Assembly: GCA_021162685.1 (NCBI GenBank)
Contig: JAGGYF010000033.1
Location: forward strand, 1 to 21,432
DNA: 21,432 bases
Direction: 5' to 3'
Source of the DNA: Candidatus Iainarchaeum sp.
Lineage (GTDB): Archaea; B1Sed10-29; WALL01
A program made the position numbers and the translations under genes. How positions within the stretch are numbered: position 1 is the stretch's first letter; each line of letters opens with the position of its first letter. Under the pieces are notes generated by a model. The model saw only the letters and a program-made list of their open reading frames with translations. It made no database searches and was not told where the DNA came from. Shown here one piece after another: positions 7,810 to 15,039 of the stretch.

Positions 7810-9012
7810 TTAATACAGCAATCCTATTGAGTATAAAGATACTTCTCCCTTTGATGGTAGCAATGTTTCTTTAACGACATAATGATCGCTATTTCTACCC
7901 AATTGTGATTTACCCTTTGAAGGTCCACCTACTTCAAATACCTTCCCATTCACAACGTAATCAGGTGTCCTTCTTTTTACGCCTGTTTTCAGATACATAG
8001 CATCCCCAACGTGCTGAATGAAAAAGTCTTCACGGATGCCTCCAATACTAGGTTTTACATTGTACTTTGTACACATTGCATATCTGTAGGACAATGACAT
8101 TAACACTTTGTCTTCAGACCTTATTGCTCTGTGTCCTTTTCCGTGCGGAGGGATAATGCGTAGTATCCCTGTCTCTGACAATTTTTCGACTATGTCTCTT
8201 GCAAGTTTTATCCCACATCCGAGTGAGGACGCTAGTTTAGTATAACTAAACTCTCCAGGATCAGATGTTGCCACAAACTTGATCACTCTATAAGCCAAGC
8301 TTATGTAGTATTCGTCAATTTCCCTTAAACTTGCCAAATCGTATCTGATCACCCTATCAAGTATGTTCCAATATATATCTGGATTATTGCTGTAAAATGC
8401 GGCAGGTAATGCGTCTGATTGTACATATGGTTCGTAGAGTGATACATACTGTCCAATCATTTTAGCAATCCTTGTTGTGGGCGATTTAATTATCTCCTCA
8501 AGTGTCATCTTTGGTAGTCTATCCCCTGTCCTTAGGAATATATATTCCCTAAAGGATAGTGGCTTTAGTTCAAATGTTCTTACCCTCCTTGATAGTTCAG
8601 AAGCAGATATCTTTAGGTTTATTGCAGATGAGCCTGTTACCACAATTTTTGAGTGGGTTTCATCATAAAATATCTTTATGTTGTTGGGCCATCCAGGATA
8701 AGTATGTATTTCATCAAGTAGAAAGACATTATAACCTTTTGTTTCGGCATATTCAAGAAATTCAAGCAGGTCAATATCATATTTTACAAGTATGCTAGCA
8801 TCCATATATAACGATTTATCCAGTTTTGCATTAAGTGATGATAGCAGCGTTGTTTTTCCAGTGCCTCTTAGTCCATGTATTGCAAATATTCCACTATTTG
8901 ATAGTATTTCATTTATTATCTCATTACTTGCGTCTCTTAGTTTATCCACTGCTGAGGTTCTGGATATCCTAGCAGCCTCTGAGACTGCCTTTGAGAACAA
9001 TGTTTCTTCCAT
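7810..9012 (-). CDS. AAA+ ATPase (AAA_14 family) with wHTH and degenerate PD-(D/E)XK-like C-terminus (ATPase 1)
   Basis: Walker A GLRGTGKT, Walker B VFLLDEIH, VTGSS, ELSRR, C-terminal TPDYVV...FEVGG. Confidence 0.85.
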   Translation of the reverse strand: MEETLFSKAVSEAARISRTSAVDKLRDASNEIINEILSNSGIFAIHGLRGTGKTTLLSSLNAKLDKSLYMDASILVKYDIDLLEFLEYAETKGYNVFLLDEIHTYPGWPNNIKIFYDETHSKIVVTGSSAINLKISASELSRRVRTFELKPLSFREYIFLRTGDRLPKMTLEEIIKSPTTRIAKMIGQYVSLYEPYVQSDALPAAFYSNNPDIYWNILDRVIRYDLASLREIDEYYISLAYRVIKFVATSDPGEFSYTKLASSLGCGIKLARDIVEKLSETGILRIIPPHGKGHRAIRSEDKVLMSLSYRYAMCTKYNVKPSIGGIREDFFIQHVGDAMYLKTGVKRRTPDYVVNGKVFEVGGPSKGKSQLGRNSDHYVVKETLLPSKGEVSLYSIGLLY

Positions 9013-9037
9013 ACTAGAATTTTGTGGTTACTTATAT

Positions 9038-9094
9038 ATATTTCTTTCCTCAAGGAAACAAACTTTTAAGAGTTTGTAGCCTGAAGGAAAGAAA
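9038..9094. repeat. 57-bp palindromic direct repeat A, copy 2 (abuts the ATPase 1 TATA box)
   Basis: ATATTTCTTTCCTCAAGGAAACAAACTTTTAAGAGTTTGTAGCCTGAAGGAAAGAAA. The minus strand reads GAAAGAAA-TATATATAAG about 20 nt before the ATG. Confidence 0.9.
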
Positions 9095-9095
9095 G

Positions 9096-9120
9096 TTTGG
9101 TGGTTTGGGTGTTGAAGTGA
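9096..9120 (+). repeat. 19-bp direct repeat, copy 2, followed by the orphaned original CPBP end (AAG TGA)
   Basis: t TTG GTG GTT TGG GTG TTG AAG TGA = LVVWVLK*. Confidence 0.85.
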
Positions 9121-9123
9121 GAC

Positions 9124-10341
9124 CTATACTTCCCACACAGGTATGAAGTATACATTTCTTGAGATCTCAGTTTTTTTCATCCAAAAAACTATCCCAAACG
9201 GTGAGTTAAAGTCTCTGATGAAGTTATAGAACGCTTTTCTCGGTTTGCCTCTGCTTTTTATTTCTATTGGTATTGGTGGATCTCCAACTATGACATCAAT
9301 CTCTGCTCCGGATAATGTTCTGAAATACGTTGGATTCATTTCGTTTATCTCGTTAATAACAAAGTTTTCAAGTAGTCTTCCAAGATCAATTCTATCCCAA
9401 ACATCTGAAAAATCATTTATGATAGCATTTCTCAGTCCAATATCAATGAAGTAAACTTCATTCCTCTTTGTTATCGTTTTTCTTCTATTTGTTGAGAAGG
9501 GAGGTATTTGTCTTATGATGTATGTCTTTTCAAGTGCATATAAATACTCTCTTAGAGTTATTTGGTTCACATCCGATATCTTTGAAAATCTGGATATATT
9601 CAGGCCTTTTCCTAGGTCTGCTGCAAGCAATTTAACAACCCTTGTGAATTTTTCGCTATTTTTTACTCCCATAAAATGAACTATATCTCTTTCTATGTAT
9701 GTTTGGTATAAACTTTTTAGTAGCATTCTCTTTTTCTCGTAATCTCTCTCAGTGACTATTCTGGGGAACCCACCATACATTAAATACTCGCTGAACAACC
9801 TTTTCACTTCCTGTGAGAATGCGAACTCGCTAACTTTCTTTTTATTTCCTTTGAGAAGTGTTAATATTATGCTCTTATTTTTTGACCACAACCTGTATAG
9901 TTCAGGATTTTTGTATTCCAAGAATTCTCCAAAATCTAAGGGAAGCAATTCAAAGTAGACTAGCCTTCCAACAAGGTAACTTCCGATATCTACCTTTATG
10001 TCAAAAGACCCAGATCCAGAGACAACAATTTTCAGTTTCCCTTTGTATTGGTCATACCACATCTTCAAGATGTGCCCAATTTCTTTAATGTATTGAGCCT
10101 CGTCTAGGTATATGATTTTCTTTGATAAGTATCTTTGGATAAACCCCTTAGCATCTCTTTTTATGGCGTCTCTTGTGTCATCGTCCTCCAAGGTCAAGTA
10201 TTCTCCGCCGTATTTGGACAACAAGTACTTTAGGGTTGTGGTCTTTCCAGCTTGTCTTGGTCCCTTTATTGCTATGATCTCTGGGGAGTCCATCCACCCC
10301 TCTATCTTGATCCAGATTTTTCTAGGAATGACATCTTCCAT
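9124..10341 (-). CDS. ATP-binding protein, AAA_14 + DUF4143 (ATPase 2)
   Basis: GPRQAGKTT, IIYLDEAQ, SGSGS, LVGR, YGGFP, YFIDIGLRN, LLENFV, EIDVIV...IEIK. GGTGA SD at 10346-10350. Confidence 0.9.
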   Translation of the reverse strand: MEDVIPRKIWIKIEGWMDSPEIIAIKGPRQAGKTTTLKYLLSKYGGEYLTLEDDDTRDAIKRDAKGFIQRYLSKKIIYLDEAQYIKEIGHILKMWYDQYKGKLKIVVSGSGSFDIKVDIGSYLVGRLVYFELLPLDFGEFLEYKNPELYRLWSKNKSIILTLLKGNKKKVSEFAFSQEVKRLFSEYLMYGGFPRIVTERDYEKKRMLLKSLYQTYIERDIVHFMGVKNSEKFTRVVKLLAADLGKGLNISRFSKISDVNQITLREYLYALEKTYIIRQIPPFSTNRRKTITKRNEVYFIDIGLRNAIINDFSDVWDRIDLGRLLENFVINEINEMNPTYFRTLSGAEIDVIVGDPPIPIEIKSRGKPRKAFYNFIRDFNSPFGIVFWMKKTEISRNVYFIPVWEV

Positions 10342-10419
10342 AGGGTCACCAGTATGTTTTCAACGTTATAATTTTTATAGTTTACTATAATTTTTACAGG
10401 GTAAATTTAATAGTGTGGT

Positions 10420-10462
10420 TATTTATAAACCTTCTTCTCAAAAATGCGAAGGTTTATAAATA
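10420..10462. promoter_or_regulatory. Perfect 15-bp inverted repeat forming back-to-back BRE-TATA-like elements
   Basis: TATTTATAAACCTTC-N13-GAAGGTTTATAAATA. Each arm read outward is GAAGG-TTTATAAA. Confidence 0.6.
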
Positions 10463-10466
10463 GTAG

Positions 10467-10514
10467 GGTTTCTCTTAGGGGGAAATAATTTAAAAAGATT
10501 TCCCCTTATGGGAA
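10467..10514. repeat. 48-bp palindromic direct repeat B, copy 1 (overlaps last codons and stop of ATPase 3)
   Basis: GGTTTCTCTTAGGGGGAAATAATTTAAAAAGATTTCCCCTTATGGGAA, identical to 11714-11761. Confidence 0.9.
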
Positions 10515-11713
10515 ACTAATTCAAAGAAAGAGATGTTCCGAATGTTTTTCAAGGGATATTTTTTCACAGTTATTATGTATTTTTTCGGCGTTTTTAGTAG
10601 GTGGAATCCACGCGTTTCACGTTCTAGTGTTTGTTTATTTAAGCCGTAGGCTACTTGGATCGCGGTTAGTGGTTTTTCTAGGATGAAATCCAATTCTGAG
10701 GAAGCGTCAGAGAGGTAGTATATGTTTGATAATCCAAATGTTCTTACCAGTTCACTGAATATGATATTCTCAAAAATCCTCCCCTCATTCCTTAGGAAGA
10801 TATGGTCACAAAGATAGACCTTTGGGAGTGCTTTTTCTCTTGATTTTTTAGATCTGTAGAATTTTTTTACCTCAAAAAAGAAAAGTGCATTTAGGATGTA
10901 CATATAGTAGGTATATAGTGTTTTTTTGCTCACCTTCATTCCCATAGATTTGACATCGTTGAATATTTTATGGATAGAGAATGTGCTTGCAACCGAGGAT
11001 TCAATTGAAGTGAGAAGGTAATAGAGTAGTTTCAGATTTCTTATGTTGTATCTTTCAATGATGTCCCTGAAGACGACGACATCTTTGTAGTCTGAAAGGA
11101 ACTGTTGTTTTGTGTGTGGGGATAGTACGACTTGTGGAAATCCCCCCAATTTCATGTATTTGTGGAATTTTTTGATTAGTTTTGATTCTGAGTATGAAGA
11201 ATGGATAGCCTCAAACTTTTCGTTATATTTGAACCTAAGAAATTCTGGAAAAGATAAGGGCAGAACAAGATGTGAGATGGATCTGCCCCTCATGGAAGTG
11301 GCGATCTCTTTACTTGTGACCCTTGAGTTTGATCCTGTAATGACTATCTTGTATCGCCCTCCTTCATGTATAGAGGATATTGCTCTCTCCCAACCGTTCA
11401 TGTTTTGTATTTCATCTAGGAAGATATACCCAGGCCTCTTTCCATAGATGGATATGTGGGTATTAACAGCATCCTTTATAAGGCGGATGTTTGGTTCAAT
11501 TTCTGGGTCTTCTAAGTTTATGTACAGATAATCATCGTCGCTGAGATGTAGTTTGTTCTTTATGATATCATATATGAGGAAACTTTTTCCTGCCCTCCTT
11601 GGTCCAACAAGAACTGTGACAAATTGATGGGTCAGTGTGGGATAGAGATCCCTGGGTAGTACATTTACTTCCTTGATTTCTTCCTTTTTGTCCAAGAGGT
11701 ATCTTTCGTTCAT
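10490..11713 (-). CDS. ATP-binding protein, AAA_14 + DUF4143 (ATPase 3)
   Basis: GPRRAGKS, YIFLDEIQ, ITGSNS, MRGR, GGFP, KVYLCD, IFENII, ELDFIL...IQV. Confidence 0.9.
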   Translation of the reverse strand: MNERYLLDKKEEIKEVNVLPRDLYPTLTHQFVTVLVGPRRAGKSFLIYDIIKNKLHLSDDDYLYINLEDPEIEPNIRLIKDAVNTHISIYGKRPGYIFLDEIQNMNGWERAISSIHEGGRYKIVITGSNSRVTSKEIATSMRGRSISHLVLPLSFPEFLRFKYNEKFEAIHSSYSESKLIKKFHKYMKLGGFPQVVLSPHTKQQFLSDYKDVVVFRDIIERYNIRNLKLLYYLLTSIESSVASTFSIHKIFNDVKSMGMKVSKKTLYTYYMYILNALFFFEVKKFYRSKKSREKALPKVYLCDHIFLRNEGRIFENIIFSELVRTFGLSNIYYLSDASSELDFILEKPLTAIQVAYGLNKQTLERETRGFHLLKTPKKYIITVKKYPLKNIRNISFFELVSHKGKSF

Positions 11714-11761
11714 GGTTTCTCTTAGGGGGAAATAATTTAAAAAGATTTCCCCTTATGGGAA
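11714..11761. repeat. 48-bp palindromic direct repeat B, copy 2 (immediately 5' of the ATPase 3 ATG; contains its likely TATA box)
   Basis: The minus strand reads ...GGGGAAATCTTTTTAAATTATTTCCCCCTAAGAGAAACC-ATG, with the TATA-like core about 22-30 nt upstream of the ATG. Confidence 0.9.
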
Positions 11762-11797
11762 TAACCTTTTTATTTTTTAGTATATATAGCTCTTACT

Positions 11798-12160
11798 GTG
11801 TTAGTCAGGGTTGAATTACCAAAAACAAAAAGCAATATTGTGAAAAAGAACGGAGGAATTATCTATTGCGCAGTCTATAGAGAGAAGAAGGGAAGGTTTA
11901 GGAAAGATGTTGAGGAGTCAAGAGAGTTTGGAAGGAGAATATGTGATGCAGTGAAAAAGAGGATGCATAACAAGGGGTTTTTTACTAGTGATGAATTGCC
12001 AGGATATGGAATTTCAGAAGAAGAGAAAGCAATTATTCTTGAAAGGACAGGAGCAGGAAAAGATGATTTAGTAGCTATTTTTGCTTATGAGAAAGACGAG
12101 GCAGAGGAAACGAAAAGAGTTTTGGATGAAATTTTAAAGGAGAGTGAAACTCATGGTTGA
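11798..12160 (+). CDS. Stand-alone GAD-like domain protein (resembles the AspRS-like insertion domain of GatE)
   Basis: GFFTSDELPGYGISEEEKAIILERTGAGKDDLVAIFA matches the GatE GIFHSDELPxYGIxxxE pattern recalled from the family. No GatB/E catalytic domains in 120 aa. Confidence 0.7.
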   Translation: MLVRVELPKTKSNIVKKNGGIIYCAVYREKKGRFRKDVEESREFGRRICDAVKKRMHNKGFFTSDELPGYGISEEEKAIILERTGAGKDDLVAIFAYEKDEAEETKRVLDEILKESETHG

Positions 12161-12240
12161 GAAGCAAGAGGTGATTGAGGAGATAAGGAAAAGATTTGAT
12201 GAGCTACTTTTTGAAGAATTACGAGTTCGCAATGTTGACA
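12153..12240 (+). pseudogene. Possible 5' gene remnant (MVEKQEVIEEIRKRFDELLFEELRV...)
   Basis: The ATG overlaps the end of the GAD gene and follows a GGAG SD. About 25 coding-like codons, then the frame runs antisense into the convergent gene. Confidence 0.35.
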
Positions 12241-13434
12241 TTAGTCTTCCTCGAATATCCTCATTATATTCTCATCTATCCTCTTTAGAGATTCTTTGTC
12301 AATATCAATATCTTTTAACCAAGGTACTCCATGCCAAGCCGCACGATCTCTGTAGTAGCGTACAAGACTTAGTGCACTGGTTTCTCCATAGTTAAGAAAG
12401 TAACCCGATGAAAGCTGTGAGAGATGTTCTTGTGTTAGTCCTTTGTCTTTACCCACAGCATCTATGACAGCTTTTCTCATGCGTGGATTTTGTAGGCCAC
12501 CAGCAAACATTAGCCTAAAAATCATCACCTTTTTTTCGACATCTCCAACTTTCTTCAAGTACCCTTCCACCATACGAGCAGCCTTTTCTACGGCTTCTGC
12601 ATTATTGTTAGGGATTTCTGGTAGGGGGGACCTCCAGTATACTTTTCCAAGCTCTTTGAATTTTCCTGCCAAAACTGTTTTGATTCGCTCCTCAAAGTGG
12701 GGTAGGTTCCCCTCAACAGGTACCCCCCTCTCAGCAGTTCTTATTGTTGTCACACTACGAACATTCCATGGGAGAATATCCTCCAGTCTTGCATAATCTC
12801 TATTACTGAACTCTTTAATTATTTTTCTGTCAAGCTCCTTCATCTTCTCTGCAAAATCGTTTTTTAACCTGTGAAAACCTCTACTGCCAGAAAATTTATC
12901 CTCCATTGATTTAATCATGAGAGAGAGTATAGCTATAGCTCTCCACGGTTCTTCTGATATCCTATCAACAATCCTCTTCTCAGCTAGAAGTTGTATTTGT
13001 CCTGTGTTGGCCCTATTGTCGGCTCCAGTGTACATTAATGATATGTTTATAATGTGTGCATCTTCATTAGGAGCCTTTGGATCAAATTCATGAAGCTTCT
13101 TTGGTCGTTTTTCTAGCTTTACGAAGTTCCCATCCTTGACAAGTCTGTGCTCTACAATTGGGGAGATTATTGTGTTATAAGCTAAACGAACCCCCGGCAC
13201 TTTAATTGACTTTGGTTCCCTTACCCCCCTATAGAGAGCAGCCACCCCACTTCCAGTTATGATCCCAAGCTCTTTCATTACTGCATTGCTGAGTATCTCC
13301 TTTGCAAATTCCTCATCATGCATTTGATGCAACAATGTTCCCAGTTCTATCTCTTTCTCGCGCTTTTTACCATCAACTTCCCACGATATCCTTACCTTTT
13401 TCTTCATGATTTCGGGACGTTTTTCAATTGGCAT
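12241..13434 (-). CDS. Hypothetical protein (397 aa, soluble, charged)
   Basis: Long ORF with protein-like composition and an upstream TTTTAAA TATA-like box at ~13457-13464. No family recognised. Confidence 0.75.
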   Translation of the reverse strand: MPIEKRPEIMKKKVRISWEVDGKKREKEIELGTLLHQMHDEEFAKEILSNAVMKELGIITGSGVAALYRGVREPKSIKVPGVRLAYNTIISPIVEHRLVKDGNFVKLEKRPKKLHEFDPKAPNEDAHIINISLMYTGADNRANTGQIQLLAEKRIVDRISEEPWRAIAILSLMIKSMEDKFSGSRGFHRLKNDFAEKMKELDRKIIKEFSNRDYARLEDILPWNVRSVTTIRTAERGVPVEGNLPHFEERIKTVLAGKFKELGKVYWRSPLPEIPNNNAEAVEKAARMVEGYLKKVGDVEKKVMIFRLMFAGGLQNPRMRKAVIDAVGKDKGLTQEHLSQLSSGYFLNYGETSALSLVRYYRDRAAWHGVPWLKDIDIDKESLKRIDENIMRIFEED

Positions 13435-13557
13435 ACTATACTTATCATTCTTTACAATTTAAAACTATCCTGAGTACTGTCCATTTGGGTTCTCGGAAAT
13501 GAGAAGAGGTTTAAAATTAATCCTACAAAAACCTTACCCTTTTTTCTATGCTCCTTG

Positions 13558-13600
13558 TGAATTGCCAGGATTGGATTTCAGAAGAAGAGAAAGCAGTTAT
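13558..13600 (+). repeat. Degenerate copy of GAD-gene segment 11992-12036
   Basis: TGAATTGCCAGGAT-TGGA-TTTCAGAAGAAGAGAAAGCAGTTAT vs TGAATTGCCAGGATATGGAATTTCAGAAGAAGAGAAAGCAATTAT (two 1-nt gaps, one mismatch). Confidence 0.85.
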
Positions 13601-13680
13601 AGTGCTTCTTCTGCCCAACCAGCGAAAGGTTATTTAATGGGGAGAGGTATAATAATCTGCTGCTGGTTTTTGGTGGTTCA

Positions 13681-15024
13681 GTGGACAAAGCAGATGTATT
13701 TGAGGTAGCTATATCAAATCCAGTTTCAAGGGCTTTCTTCAGAGGAATTACTAAAAACAAGAGATTGGAAAGAATACTTTCAAGGGAGAAGCAGAACTAT
13801 GATCTGGCGTGCTATTTTTATCAGCCTTGGGTTGACTTAATGCTTTATGCAACTTCAAGGTTTTTTCACTTTGAAAGCGACTTGAGAGAGAAAGGGAGGG
13901 AAAAATTAGTTAAAAGGGGAGCACAAAACCTATTTGCTTCAATAGGTGAGTATGGTTTAACACAGCCTCAGAAACTTGTGGCTCCATTTCTTGTTGTCTG
14001 GGATGTAACTAAGGCTTGTAACTTGAAGTGTGCACACTGCTACTCCAACTCAGGAAAGGCTTCAAAAAATGAGTTAACAACGCAGGAGGCAAAAGACATA
14101 ATTGACCAATTGGTTGATGCAGGTGTTGTCTCCCTTGCTTTTTCAGGGGGAGAACCGCTGGTGAGACCAGACATCTTTGAATTACTTGAGTATGCTTCAA
14201 AAAGCGGGCTTTACACAGCACTTGCTACTAATGGTACCCTCATAACAAAAGATGTTGCTAGAAAGATAAAGCAGACAGGAACAGAATACGTGGAGATAAG
14301 CCTGGATAGCCCAAACCCTGCAGTGCATGATGCTTTTAGAGGGGTTACTGGGGCTTTTGATAGAACTGTTAATGGGATAAAAAACTGCGTTGACCAAGGA
14401 ATGTGTACAGTAATTGCTACAACAGTTACAAGACATAACATTAATGATATAGATAAGATGGTAGACTTGGCTCTTAAGCTGAAAGTGTTCAGGTTGCTGT
14501 TTTTCAACTTTGTTCCAACTGGGAGAGGAAAGCAAATAACTGGCTCTGACCTAACCCCCCAACAAAGAAAAGAGCTTTTAGAGTATATATGTAGGAAAAG
14601 AGATGAGTTGATGGGAAAGCTTGACTTTTTTTCGACTGATCCGTGCTTTGCTGCTGCTCTAGTAAGACACAAAAAGGATATGTTTGTGGAGCATACAGCA
14701 AAATTCCTTGGGGGCTGTGCTGCTGGTAGGGTTTACTGCTCAATTACTGCTGAAGGAAAGGTCAAGCCATGCGTTTTCATGCCAATAATTGTTGGTGACT
14801 TGAGAAAGCAGTCTTTTGAGGATATATGGAACAATTCAGAAGTAATGAAAAACTTAAGGGACTGGTCAAAAAGAAATGAGAAATGCCGCGAGTGCAAGTA
14901 CAACACTATTTGCGGTGGATGCAGGTCGCGTGCTTATGGTTACACAGGCAATTATCTTGGCGATGACCCTCTTTGCCCTTACTCAAGCGAGTTATGGCCT
15001 AAAGAAAAGGATATAAAAGAGTGA
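13681..15024 (+). CDS. Radical SAM protein with SPASM domain (NirJ/AhbCD/PqqE-like superfamily)
   Basis: CNLKCAHC (CxxxCxxC), SGGEPL, C-terminal CAAG...KPC...CRECKYNTICGGCRSRA...DPLC. GGTGG SD before the GTG, and BRE-TATA CGAAAGGTTATTTAA at 13623-13637. Confidence 0.9.
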   Translation: MDKADVFEVAISNPVSRAFFRGITKNKRLERILSREKQNYDLACYFYQPWVDLMLYATSRFFHFESDLREKGREKLVKRGAQNLFASIGEYGLTQPQKLVAPFLVVWDVTKACNLKCAHCYSNSGKASKNELTTQEAKDIIDQLVDAGVVSLAFSGGEPLVRPDIFELLEYASKSGLYTALATNGTLITKDVARKIKQTGTEYVEISLDSPNPAVHDAFRGVTGAFDRTVNGIKNCVDQGMCTVIATTVTRHNINDIDKMVDLALKLKVFRLLFFNFVPTGRGKQITGSDLTPQQRKELLEYICRKRDELMGKLDFFSTDPCFAAALVRHKKDMFVEHTAKFLGGCAAGRVYCSITAEGKVKPCVFMPIIVGDLRKQSFEDIWNNSEVMKNLRDWSKRNEKCRECKYNTICGGCRSRAYGYTGNYLGDDPLCPYSSELWPKEKDIKE

Positions 15025-15039
15025 TGAGTAAGTGAAGGC

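Larger units (their letters stand above)
7734..9095 (-). mobile_element. Putative inserted single-gene cassette: AAA ATPase between 57-bp palindromic direct repeats, bounded by a 19-bp duplication
   Basis: Layout is TSD(19)-13 nt-DR(57)-ATPase-DR(57)-G-TSD(19). Removing 7734-9114 restores the CPBP end LVVWVLK*. No recognisable transposase or integrase. Confidence 0.65.

Noticed and set aside
9117-10349. Possible terminal inverted repeat around ATPase 2 (GTGAGACCTAT vs reverse complement GTGACCCTAT)
   Set aside because: Short and gapped, and explained by the SD and stop codons. Likely chance.
7747-11761. CRISPR array interpretation of the palindromic repeats
   Set aside because: Each repeat occurs only twice, over 1.2 kb apart with a whole gene between. 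There are no spacers of regular length and no cas genes.
7747-11761. Classical integron attC sites or IS terminal inverted repeats
   Set aside because: No RYYYAAC...GTTRRRY core boxes and no tyrosine recombinase or transposase in the window. The repeats are in direct orientation.
13499-13708. 69-aa ORF upstream of the radical SAM gene
   Set aside because: It crosses promoter-like elements and the degenerate GAD fragment, and has no coding-like composition.
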